Assembly (NCBI RefSeq): GCF_009914755.1
Contig: NC_060934.1
DNA length: 64,000 nt
DNA from: the human T2T-CHM13v2.0 reference genome, Homo sapiens
Reading direction: 5' to 3' (one strand)
The notes under the pieces are model-generated. The model saw only the letters and a list, made by a program, of their open reading frames with translations, was not told the DNA's origin and did no database searches. Of this stretch, positions 41,576 through 54,199 are shown in pieces. How positions within the stretch are numbered: position 1 is the first letter of the stretch; the number at the start of each line of letters is the position of its first letter. The position numbers were made by a program, and so were the translations under genes.

Positions 41576-42359
41576 AGAAAAGTTGATATCCACCCACCAT
41601 CATTCATCTAAAAAATATATAAACGATTTTATCTGTAAGCAAAACTGTTGACAACTATTAAATAAAAAATACATTTTCAATGTTAATTATTCAAATAACA
41701 TATGGAGTAAACTATGGCAATATTTTTTCAAATTCACCTCACTCCTTTCATGCATTGAAGTAAAACCTTGATATCCATATAATGTGCATTCTATTCATTG
41801 TAACTATATATATATGAATATATATACATATCTCATTTTTGTAAATGGAGTCCTCATATATGCATTGTTATGACTAGTATTTATTTCTTATTAACAATGA
41901 CTCCCAGATGTTTGTCACTCTTTATTCTATTCCTCCAGAAAAAATGCAACTATGAAAACGTTTGCTCATTTATTTTTCTCTACATGTGTAAATATTTGCT
42001 TTATAAATTAAAGCACTTAAAAACACAAAAACTTGAAAGACTTTAATCAAGAATATCAAACTTTAAATAATCTAATTATTATAGAGTTTTAATAAATAAT
42101 CATTGTTTATGTTATAAAATCATACATACATGCCACTAGCTCTTTTTGATGTACACTATTTTCTTTTCTTCATTTCTGGTTGTATTTCTTCTCCCCTCAC
42201 ACTTCTCTGTCCCAAGTAACTCATGTTTAAAACCTCCTAATAAAACTCCATATGTTCATTCATGTGTGTATAATTGTATGCACAAAAAAGCTGTATATTT
42301 ACATGTAAATACATATAGAAATATATGTGTGTATGTGTATTTATCTATTTGTTCCTAAA

Positions 42360-42985
42360 CAGTTGATTCTCACTATTCATAGATTCCATATTTCACAACT
42401 CCCCTATAGATTGAATGTATTTCTACCTTCAAAGTCAATACTACTTATGGCCTTATTGCAGTCAGTATTGACATATGCAGAGCAGTGAAAAATTTGAATC
42501 ACTCAGCTCACATTTTCTGAGCTGAAGTAGAATAAAGTGGTGTTCTTTCTTCTCGTTTCAGTTCTAATACTATAAACGTGTACTCTTTTTGTAGTCTATT
42601 TAGTCCCATTTTTTTTTTGCATTTTTGTGCTATTTTTGTTGACCTTATTGCTTAAAACGCCCTCTAAACATATGACTGAGTGCTGTCTGCTGTTCACACA
42701 CACAAGAAGGCAGAGAAAATACGTATATTAAATAAGCTTTGTTTAGGCACGGGTTATAGTACTGCTGGCTATGAGTTCAATGTTATTGAATTAACAATGT
42801 ATATTAAGTGATGTATTTTAAAATAGAAACACACATAAAACCAGTTATGTGTTGATTGGCTGACAAAAATGTTTTGGGTTGATGCTCACTGGAACCTAAC
42901 CCTATTTTCTTCAAGGAGAAATTGTCCAATATTGCTAATTCAGTGTTTGCAGCAATTATACATAACATTACTACAAGTAATAAGA

Positions 42986-42987
<2 letters not shown>
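42360..42987. mobile_element. Tigger4 (Zombi)-like non-autonomous TcMar DNA transposon
   Basis: starts cagttgattctcactattc; internal gaaacacacataaaaccagttatg and ggaacctaaccctatttt...gctaattcagtgtttgcagc; right terminus degraded. Confidence 0.7.
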
Positions 42988-43026
<39 letters not shown>

Positions 43027-43033
43027 ATCTATC
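42986..43033. repeat. (TCTA)n tetranucleotide STR
   Basis: ~10 perfect units, then tca-tcta. Confidence 0.95.
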
Positions 43034-43228
43034 CAAGTATGTTTTGAGGGCAACACTACCTAAAAGAATAAACAGATTCAGGACAATTGCCATCAAAATT
43101 CCAACAGCTGTTTTTGCAGATATATAAAAAACTATCTTCAAATTCATAATGGAACTACAAGGGACCCAGAATAACCCTAACAGTATTGAAAAATAACTGA
43201 GTTGGAGGAGTCACACTCCCTAATTTTA

Positions 43229-43404
43229 TTATATTATTTATTTATTTATTTATGACAGAGTCTCGCTCTGTCACCCAGGCTGGAGTGTAGTGGCACTATC
43301 TCGGCTCACTACAGCCTCCGCCTCCCGGGTTCAAGCAATTCTTGTGCCTCAGCCTCCTGAGTAGTGAGCAGCTGGGAAAACAGGTGTAGGCCACCACACT
43401 TGGC
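43229..43404 (-). mobile_element. 5'-truncated Alu (right monomer only) with TSD
   Basis: perfect 15-bp TSD cactccctaatttta 43214-28 / 43405-19. Confidence 0.9.
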
Positions 43405-43463
43405 CACTCCCTAATTTTAAACCTTATTACAAAGCTACAGTAATCAAAATAATGTGGTGCTGA

Positions 43464-44267
43464 TGATATGGGAGCAGGGCGGGAAGTGCTGGGTAGAGAA
43501 AGGGGGTCCCTGGCTAGGGCTCCACCCCCATGGACCTAGGTGAGGACTGGAACACCTGCTTTCGAGTCCAAATGTTGCATTTTCCAAGACCACCCTGGCC
43601 TGCCACGCTCCCATCCTGGGCCTGTAGACATCCAAGACCCTAGCAAGGCAGAGACAGAAGCGGATGGATGTGAAGAGGAGCGGATTGGCAGAAGAAGACA
43701 CAAGGGCTGGACGGCAAGAAGACGTCAAGGGGAGCACGCCAGCAGAAGGGCACACTGACAGATGCCGGCACGCCAGCAGGTCATCGACTGGAGGCTAGAT
43801 GTGGAGTTTGGCCGGGTTAGTTGTAGGAGAGCCGGGGCTGTTGAGTGGCCCAACTCTAGGGGAAGACCATCTCCCTTCTGGCTCCTTCATCAGCTGAGAG
43901 CTACTTCCGCTCAATAAAACTTTACACTCATTTCCAAACCCATGTATAACCCCATTCTTCCAGTACACCAAGGCAAGAACCCAGGATACAGAAAGCCCTC
44001 TCTCTCCTTGAGACAAGGTAAAGGGTCTAATTGGGCTGATTAACACAAGCCGCCTATAGAAGGCAAACTAAAAGAGCAACTTGTAACACACGCCCAATGG
44101 GGCTTCAGCTATAAACATTCACCCCTAAACACTGCCCGTGGGGTTGGAGCCCCACAGCCTGCCCGTCTGTGTGCTCCTCTAGAGGTTTGAGCAGTGGGGC
44201 ACTGAAGAAGCGATCCACATCACCATTGCATGCCCTGTGAGGGAACAAGGGAACCTTTCCCGTTTCA
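43464..44267 (+). mobile_element. Solo ERV1 LTR, LTR1-family-like
   Basis: TG...CA ends, 804 bp, TSD ctga/ccga, AATAAA at 43913, opening gggaagtgctgggtagagaa...ggacctaggtgaggac. Confidence 0.8.
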
Positions 44268-44442
44268 CCGACACAGACATAGAGACCAACGTAATAGAAT
44301 TTAGAGTATAGAAGAAATATACCTATAAATATGTAGTCAACTGATTTTTTTCAACGGTTCCAAGTCCATTTAATGAGGAAAGAACAGTCTCTTCAACAAA
44401 TGATGCTGAGACAAGTAGATTTCCACACGACAAAGAATGAAG

Positions 44443-44845
44443 ATTTTGGCCATTTTTCTTCAAATATTCTTTCTGCCCCTTTCTGTCTCTCTTCTCTCTT
44501 TGGAACTTTCACAGTGCCTAGTCTGATTAGTCTGATTCCTGGTGTTCCACAAGTCCTTTATGCTCTGTTACCTCTTTTTCTTCTAATAACAGATAGTTTC
44601 AATTTTCATATATTCAGGTTCACTCATGCTGTTTTCTGCCTGCTCAGATCTGCTGCTGAATTGCTAAAGAAGTTTTTTTTTAGTCATTGTACCTTTGGAT
44701 TCAGAATATTTGTATTCCTTTTAAAAAATGTTGATCTCTATTGATAGTCTCATTTTGTTCATACATCATTTTCCTGATTTTCTTGAATTCTTTTTTCAGT
44801 TTTTGTTTTAGCACTTTGAGAATATTTATAACAGTTGTTTTAAAA
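44443..44845 (-). mobile_element. Ancient L1M ORF1-region fragment
   Basis: ttttggccatttttcttcaaatattctttctgcccctttc...ttttctgcctgctcagatctgctg is typical antisense old L1 ORF1. Confidence 0.6.
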
Positions 44846-45065
44846 TCAACAGCAGAACAAAACAATCCAATTTAAAAAATAGCAAAGGACTTCACACATC
44901 TTCAGAGAATATATACAAATGGTCAATCAGCACATTTTTATGAGTAGCTTTTTAGCTATTCAACCCCATTAGTCATTAGAATAATGGTAATCAAAATCAT
45001 GAGATACTACTTTACAACTACTGAGGTGATTATAACTTTTTCCTTTTTTTTTTTTTTTTTTACTT

Positions 45066-45186
45066 TGTAATTCTCAGTGTAGGAGGAGGGACCTGGTGGG
45101 AGGTGACTGGATCATGGGGGAGAATCTCCCCCTTGCTGTTCTTGTGGATAGTGAGTGAGTTCTCATGAGATCCAGTTGTTTAAAAG
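45066..45186 (+). mobile_element. Internal fragment of an MSTA-like LTR
   Basis: cctggtgggaggtgactggatcatggggg...gtgagtgagttctcatgagatc; both LTR ends are missing. Confidence 0.8.
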
Positions 45187-45297
45187 ATAAGTAGAATTTC
45201 TGCTTATCTGACTGGCTTTTTATTGTATAATAAAGACCACTTTTAGTTACTGTGTATTTTTTTAGTTCAATAATTTCCATTTGATTCTATTTGTTTG

Positions 45298-45724
45298 TGT
45301 CTTAGTTTTCTGTTATTGTAGCAGATTGCCTGAGACTGGGTATTTTATAGAGAATAAAGGATTGGTTTTGCTGACGGCTCTGGAGTCTTGGAAATGAAAG
45401 ATCAGGGAGTCCCATTCTAGTCACTTTCTGGTGAGGCTCTCATGCTGCATCATCATAACATGGGAAGAAGTGGAAGGGGAAGAGGGCACACGCAAAGAGA
45501 GCAAACACCAGGAGGAACCTCTTTTTATAACCACCTGCTCTGTGGTAACTAATCCAGTTCTGTGAGAGAGAGATTCACTCATACAAGATAGCATAAATCT
45601 ATTCATAAAGAACATAACCCCATGACCCAACTCTTTCCATTAGGTCCCACCTCACACACTGCACAATGGTAGTCAAATTTCAGCATGCATTTCAGAAGCA
45701 ACAAACCATATTCAAACCATAACA
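45298..45724 (-). mobile_element. Solo MaLR LTR (MSTC/MSTD-like)
   Basis: tgtcttagtt...ctgagactggg...aaaccatattcaaaccataaca. Confidence 0.75.
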
Positions 45725-47304
45725 GTATGGATTTGAGTTATGTCCATTATTTTTGTTTCTTCCAACTATGTTGTCCATATATTTTTTGTTTTTCTCATAT
45801 TATTCATCAATATTTTCATAACTTTTGACTAATTCCAACATTTAATAGTTTGTGTTTTTGGTTTTATTTCCTTCTTATTCTCTTGGTCATTGGTGATATT
45901 CTTTACCTGTTGTGCCAGCTGCTAATAACTGGATTATGCCATTTGTTTCTTTCACAGAAATACCTGAAGATAAAAGAAAGGAAGTAGTTTCTCTTATATG
46001 GGATTTAACCATGATATAATTAAATTTTCTGTACAAAATACTCATATATACAAAACTATTTTAATGTTCCTGTCTGGTGTTAATTTTTGAACTGTCATTA
46101 ACATTAACAGTCAATTCTTTAAAAATCTCTATTCCAATTCCAAAAATCTATTCGACATTAAAATTCTTATCTCTCAAATTTTTCCTGAGAGAAAAAATGA
46201 AATATGTGTGATGGATGAAGCACAGTGAGGTTAACAAAATGGCTAAATATACTCATACTAAAAGTAGGAAAATGCTTTCCAGGGCAGACTATGCACTTTT
46301 ATTTTTATGAAACATTTGTCTTATAGTTGACTTGGTTACATGTTTGTCTTTCAAAGTAGGAAAGCTTCATGAAGGTCAAAATATAATCTCTTAAAATCGT
46401 TATCTCACCGTCATTGCAGGACTCACTGTTAGATACAGAATAAACCACTTGGATTTTTTTCAACTTTCCTATGAAACTTCTGATACAACAGTGTTTAAGA
46501 GGAGATAAATTTCAAAGAGGCAAGAAGCTTTCAGAGAAGGGCTGAGAATCTACATTTGACCTGGAAGTCATAACCCCATTCTTGGCACTGGCTTAGTATC
46601 AAGGTTTTTCCTTCAGGTCCTTTAAGGAATTATGAAAATTGAGTAGTACTGGAAGTTAAAGAATTAAGCCAAAGCCGTAGAAAAACAAAGTGGTATGTTC
46701 AAAGCCACTAGAATTGAACATGGAAGAATACCAAATAAGATTCTAAAGCCCAAGAGAGAGGGTAAATTGAAATTTTTCTGTGTGGTCACTTACCAATCTG
46801 GACACAGTAAGTATGAAGTTCTATATTATTGCAGTTTAATTTCCAATTCTATCATGAAAATGATGCTCATCTGTTTTTCATGTGCTTTTGCATGTCAATT
46901 TTTATATAACTTTATTTTTATAAAGTGTCAGCTCAAGTTTTTGCCTACTGATAATATATTATCTTTGTGTTACAATTTTTAATTTATAAAGTGAGATAGA
47001 TTCAGTATAACAAAATAAATATATGACAAAGACTGTAAAAGTTATAAAGTACAACACAATATTTTTATGAATACAGATGAAAAAACCTATCCTCATGAAA
47101 TGTAAAAAATTTGTTCCACTTACATATAAATATAACAAATCCTGATCAAATAAGTTTTATTATAGACTTTAACATTGGAAAATTAAATTAAAATTAAAGA
47201 AGGATACCTGTCAATATTATTCTAGAGAAAAATAAACATTTAAAAATAATGTTATTTATATTAGCATTCAAACCATCACGCATATTGAAATAAATAGAAG
47301 AAAT

Positions 47305-47603
47305 CTCACGGTTCTGCATGCCTGGGGAGGCCTCAGGAAACTTAACAATTATGGCAGAAGGGGAAGCAAACATGTCCTTCTTCACATGGCTGCAGCAAGG
47401 AGAAGTGCTGAGCAAAAGGGGGAAAAGTCCCTCATAAAACCACCAGACCTCGTGAGAACTCACTCACTATCACAAGAACAGCATGAGGGTAACTGCCCCC
47501 ATGATTAAATTACCCCTCACTGAGTCCCTCCCATGACACATGGGGATTATAGGAATTACAATTCAAGATGAGATTTGGGTGGGGACACAGCAAAACCATA
47601 TCA
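47305..47603 (-). mobile_element. THE1 (THE1C/D-like) LTR with the 3' end missing
   Basis: ggggaggcctcaggaaactt...attcaagatgagatttgggtggggacacagcaaaaccatatca. Confidence 0.9.
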
Positions 47604-47699
47604 GTGTGTGAATATCTATGTATGTAAATATACAAGTTATTTCTAAATTTTCATAAAAAATAATCTGTGAAAAAAACAATTTAAAGCTGTTTTAACATT

Positions 47700-49620
47700 G
47701 AACAATATATGATTGATGTAGGGACAGAAAAATAATAGACAACTTATAAATGAACCCACATATATTCAGTCACATGACTTATGGTAAAATGATCATTACA
47801 GTGAAAACTATGATCTTTGTAATAAATGATATTGGATTAACCAGATATCAACATAAAATAAGTTCTCACATTCATTAATTAACAGGAATATGCAAAATTA
47901 AGCTACAATACAATACAACTACCTGTAAAATAGAGTGTCTAAAGTAAAGAAAGTACTAAATATCAAGTTTGGGCAACAATGTGCAGCACCTCAAAAAGCG
48001 TTGATGTTGTAGACAAAATTTTTAATGGATAAAGTTGCATCATAAAACTGCCAGTAAGTTAAGAAGTGAACACATACAAATCCCATGACACACAATTTCA
48101 CTCCTAGGTATATATCCCACTATAATGCTTACATATGTTTAAAATACATGGACAAACATTTATTGTAAATGTTTGTATTAGCATTGTTTATAACAGTTCA
48201 AATTGTAAACTTGCCAAATGCCTATTAACAGGAAAATTAATAAATGTGTTAAGTTTACTCATGAAGTGAGTAATGAAAACAAGTGAATACAGCAATGAAA
48301 ACAAGTGAATAGTAACTCAGCAACAGTATTAATGGTTGTCACAGGCAAAAAATTTTAAGTGAATCAGACCAGAGGAGTATGTATTGTACGATGCTAATCA
48401 TAAGAAGTTTTAGTACAGACAAAACAGATTAAGGCTGTTAAATGTTAGAAAAATGTTTATTTCTGTGTAGATAGTGACTTGAAGGTGACCAGAGTGGAGC
48501 TTCTGTGATTTTCTCAATGTGGCATTACACCGTTTATATTGTTTTTTCTAAGCGTTCTTTCTCTCAGCATCATGTGTTCAGATTGCCTAATATATCAGTA
48601 GATTACATCTTTATATTGTCAATTAGTATTGCATTACATCGATGTACCAAAGTTCGTTCATCCATTATCCTATTTAGAGTCATCTAAGCTATCTCTATTT
48701 TGGAACTATTTTGCCATTTATTTGAATTGTTTACTGTATTAACATTTAATTGAAAGATTCATATGGTTAGATTTCGGTTTACCATCTCTTATGTCTTTTC
48801 TATTTTACTCCTCAATTTTTTATTCTCGTCTTCCTTCTTTCTTGTCTTCTTTTGGTTGACATGCAAATTTTTGGAATTTAATTACTATTTGTCATTTATG
48901 TTTACCAATAACAAATTATTTTTAATATTAGCTACTCTATGGATTAAAATGTCATTTTTCTTTTATATTAATGAAAACTACTTATCATTAATATTTTACC
49001 ACTTTACATAAAATATAGGTAATTTCAATTATCTACTTACATATTACATTACCATATATATAACATTTACATGTCATACACTTGATAAGAAACTATTGTG
49101 TCTATTTGTAGTCATGTGTATACTAAATAAATTAAGATGGCAAGATATTTTTTTCCATTTGTACATACGAGTATCTTTTTAAATGCTCCTAATTCCTTCA
49201 TAGGGTCATAGATTTTGTTTGTTTTTCCCAGTGTAATTTTCTCTCAACTGAAGGAGTTTCCATTAGATGGTGATACATTTTGTTTATTTTATATTAAAAG
49301 GGATTTACCCTTCATTCTTGCAAGATATTGCCAAGATATTGAATATAATATTTTTGGTTAGGAGTTTTTTGGATCACTACATTAAAGATACTGGTTCACT
49401 GATTTCTTCCAATTTATGATGAGAAGTAAACAGCTACTTGAGTCATTATGTCCCTGTATGTAACATTACTTACTTTCCGATTGTTTTCAATTTTTTTTTT
49501 AAATTTGGATTTTAGAAGTTTGACTTTGATGCACTAGACATTGCTTTGTATTTATAATCTTTGACCTCAAGAATGTTCTGCTTCTGCAATATGTAAATTT
49601 ACGTCTGTTACCAATGGTAG
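47700..49620. mobile_element. Highly decayed L1M fragments (both orientations)
   Basis: scattered motifs such as cacaatttcactcctaggtatatatccc and gcattgtttataacag. Confidence 0.45.
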
Positions 49621-49627
49621 GGAATTA

Positions 49628-49879
49628 TTTTTAATTTCAACTTTTATTTTAGATACAAGGGTTACATGTGCAGATTTGTTACATGGGAATATTATATGAA
49701 TATTCCCATGTAATCCCATTACCCAGGGAGTGAGCATAGTACCCAGTAGGCAATTTTTTTTTACTCCCCACACTCTCTAATAGTCCATAGTGCCTGTTGT
49801 TCCCATATTTATTACCATGTGTGCTCAATGTTTAGCTCCCACCTGTAAGTAAGAATGTACAGTATGTGACTTTTTGTTC
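49628..49879 (-). mobile_element. L1PA16-like 3' end, 5'-truncated
   Basis: caacttttattttagatacaagggttacatgtgcagatttgttacatggg...gtgagcatagtacccagtagg...ttagctcccacctgtaag. Confidence 0.85.
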
Positions 49880-51388
49880 AATGGCATAGTTGTATATTGA
49901 CTTAGACAGTAATCATATAAGTCAAAAATGTTTATTGAAATATAGTCTGACAATCAGTAATATAAAGATTATTTGTTTCAAAAATGAAATAAAAATACCA
50001 AAGCAAGATATTTTTATTTAACGTAAGTATTTTATGTAATGAAACAATATACTTTTGGTTCACATAATCAATTTAAAAGTTGACAAAGTGTTTACATTTT
50101 TTAATGATTTCACACTCCAAATAATCTGAAAATTGTCTTCTGCAGGGTCACATGCTCATACAGTCCAAACTTTCTGCATTGAAGATGTTAATAAAATATT
50201 TTCGATGCAGTCATATTTAAGCACATTAAATAGTACATTAATTTTAAAGTGTGCCTTATAATTATTTAAGTGAATCATCAGTAACCATAAATTGAATAAG
50301 TAATGAGAAAAATATATATGTGCAGTTTATTTCAGCATGTGATTGTTGGTGTTAACTCATACTTAAATTTTTTTTACAAAAAAATACTTAATGTAACATT
50401 TTCTTTTAAAGGCATCTTTATTAGAGAACTTTATTATTACTTAAAATTAGGTTCCTCTTCATAATTGATATTTTAGACTGTAGTTTTAATATATTCCTAA
50501 TTCTAATGCTGGTGATATAAAAACAAAGTGATTATTTGTATTTTATTAAAGTAGCTAATATGTAGATGTCATTTTAAAAATGAATAGGTAAGGTCACTAT
50601 TTCTTATTTTCTGCAGCATCACCATTTTGATTTCAAAATAGTTTCAAACATTTAAGTGATTGACTGATTATAAATGAATTCTTTTAGGACAAAAAGAACT
50701 AGAAAAAAGCTAGCACACAATCACAATGTTAAACCTAAGGCTGGTATAGCATTATAACTTGTGATGTTGCCATGTGTTTACAAAATTTAACTACAGTGAA
50801 CAAAACCCTTTGGGTTTTTGCATATAAAATACTTGTGTCACCTACTAAGCTTCTGGTATTGAGCTCCAGGGAGGGAATTTGAACCAATCACTGTGGCTTC
50901 ATGTTAGTAATGCTAGGATTCAATACTTCCTTGCATATAGCTAAGGTTTCATTCAGTGCAACGTAATGATGCCTCCTACTGGTCTGAAAAACAAATAGAT
51001 AATTGCCTACTGAACAATTTGTCTCTAAGACATAATGAAAGAAAACTAGCATTATTGAACAGTAGCTTTGAGAATAAAAGCTTCTTTTGAACTAAGGCAA
51101 TTTTTAAAATGAAATTGGGAAGGATATGTTGAATACTAAAGTATTTTGAGCTTGTTAAGATCTTAAGCAGAGGCAAGAAACATACAATTTGAAAATAGTG
51201 ATACGATGTTTATGATTTTTTGACAACCAGGTTGTACCTGATTTTCTGAATCATTAAATTTTCTAGGTTGACAACCCCAAGAAATGTCTGCTTCATTAAA
51301 ATAAAACAATGCAGGTGCATGTCAAATGTTAGTATCCAAAAACTAAAAATTTTAATTCTAGCATAAAGGTTCTCTTCAGAATAAACTA

Positions 51389-51433
51389 GTATATATGTGT
51401 GTGTCTGTGTATGTGTGTATGTGTGTGTGTGTA
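51389..51433. repeat. Imperfect (TG)n microsatellite
   Basis: seen directly. Confidence 0.85.
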
Positions 51434-52224
51434 TTAGTGAAAAGAAATACAAGTTATTTTCTTTTTTCTTGAGAAAGACACAAGTGTACTTCCATGTATT
51501 TTTGGACATAGGGATTGTTCCCTCACTGAGAGTAGTATTTGCTTAGCTTAGAAAATGGGTAAAATATGGATCTTACACCAACAGCTAGAGACAGAATGGC
51601 AATTTAAACAAAGCTAGGGGAAAAAAAGTTCCAGATCTACAGAGTAACACGATTTACAGTTTCTATTGTAATTATTGATGAGAGGAAATTAATAACCCTG
51701 GTAGCACTAACAGCAACAGGAGTATGACAGCACGGTATACATGTTATCCAGAGGTAGCTGAAGAGATGAAATTTGGCCATGTACAGGGGCTTCTTGGAAA
51801 CCAAGTCCTGGACCTACGGAATATTCAATTAAAAATGGTCTATCTAATGAGCTCTTTTGTTTATAACCATGATTAAAATTAGAATTTTTAAAATAAAAAT
51901 TTAAATATACAGAAATTGTAGCATTTTTATAGTAGCTAAAATTTATTGAATGCTAAATATATAGCCATCCATATTTTAAAAGTCTTTATATTTCCTCTTT
52001 ATAACAGCTCAGTGAAATAGTTAATACAATTGTCTCTATTTTAAAGTTAAGAATTCTTAGAAAAAAATGAAATAAGGCTTGTATAATGATCAAAAGTTTC
52101 TGTGTGGCAGAACTAAAATCTGAACCCATGATTACCATGATTATTTCAAAGCATTTGTTCTTAAAAACTGCCTATAAAGCACTTTCAGGAAGGCACATAC
52201 TGTTCCCTATTTCTCTTAGTAAAT

Positions 52225-52655
52225 ATAACAAACAGTGCTGAACATTATTTACAAAACTTAAGAAGACTCTGAAAGATGAAGAGAAGTTGGACTTTCTGGG
52301 GATGTCAATACCCAAGGAAGAGCACAGTGGTGAGTTACCTGGGTATTCTTTTTGATTCATATTTTACAGAACTGGAACTGAAGAAACAAGCAACCTAGAA
52401 ATCGCAATGGGCACAGACAGAAAATGCCCCATTGAAGGAGTAGGAAGGAAGCAGCATCACAATATAGAAACTTTGAGAAAATAATGGCTCCAATCCAGGC
52501 AAGCACCAGAGTAAAACATGCTCCACCCTCACCTACACCAACAAAGGCTAAGTGGGGAGTCTATATTTCACACTCACTAGGGTGTAAGGACTTACCCATC
52601 ACACAAACCATGGTGTTATCAGAGATAGATAGGCAGAGAGTCAAGAAATTCCCCA
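52225..52655 (+). mobile_element. Possible ancient L1M 5'-end fragment (L1MD-like)
   Basis: recalled motifs gtggtgagttacctggg, aatgggcacagacag, aaaggctaagtggggag. Confidence 0.4.
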
Positions 52656-53755
52656 GAAGTAAAAAAACACATTTTGAAGATGGCATGAATTCTATTAGTT
52701 TGTATCCCTAAATGAATGGATGTTCTTGTAACACCATAAATTGTAAGATGTACTATTTTTAAAGTACATTAACAAAGAAAAATAGCTGTCAATTTCAATG
52801 ACAAACTAGCACTTATATAAGGTGACTCAATTTCAGATATATTAAATATATGAAAATTAAGGTGCTGCTTAGAATTTGTAAAATATAGTATACAGTAGGC
52901 AGTTTACAAAGCATTTTCATAAGCATTAAAATATTCATCATTAGAACTATCAATTGACTTATGGAAATATGATGTCCAAGAAGTGAAACGATTTGCTAAA
53001 ATTATCAGGGCAATTGTGTGGCTAAGCCTGGCACACAGCCAGAGTTTTCTGACTTCAGTACTCTATGGATTTATATATTTTTTTGTAAATACTGTACGGT
53101 TCTACATTTATATAGTCCTTGATTAGGTGGTAATAATGGTTGTCAGATAAAGCCATGTTAGAAGTTTAATACGGTTTCAGCTTGCAACTTCACTGCATCT
53201 GCATTTCTTGTCAATCAGCTGTGTGTGCTATTGCTAACTATAAATATAACCCCTTTTTACAAGATTAACATAGTGATCTTTTATTATGGCCCTTTTATAG
53301 CTTTATGTAGAATACATGTGAATATCCACAATTTTTCCCTATGGTGATTTCAATTCAACAAGGAATAAAGACTTGCTATCGGCACTAAATAATTTCATTG
53401 AATATATGATTTAAGTTGTTCAATACATTATTTGACTTAAATATTATGGATTCAGGATTACTCTTTTTCTCTGGTGTGTCTTCTATTACTCACCACAATC
53501 TTAGGTACACTATGTGGTATTATCTACTCCTCATCATCATAGTTTTATTGCGATCTTACTATAAGTTATCATCCCATGTTCTGAAAAAGTTTATGTTTCA
53601 GAAGGAGATTTGCATTGGTTAGGATAGAAATAGAAAATTAAAACAAATCAAGGATGTATATGATGCAATCTTTATCTTAATAAATTCTAGTTCCATCGTC
53701 CTATTGCCATCTTTCAGTAAATTCTTCCTACCTCTTCTCTCTCCTTTTTTTCTAA

Positions 53756-54199
<444 letters not shown>

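Larger units (their letters stand above)
43085..45030 (+). mobile_element. Ancient L1M ORF2 fragment split by an Alu, an LTR and an antisense L1 piece
   Basis: collinear ORF2 pieces at 43085-43228, 43420-43463, 44272-44442 and ~44850-45030. Confidence 0.7.
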
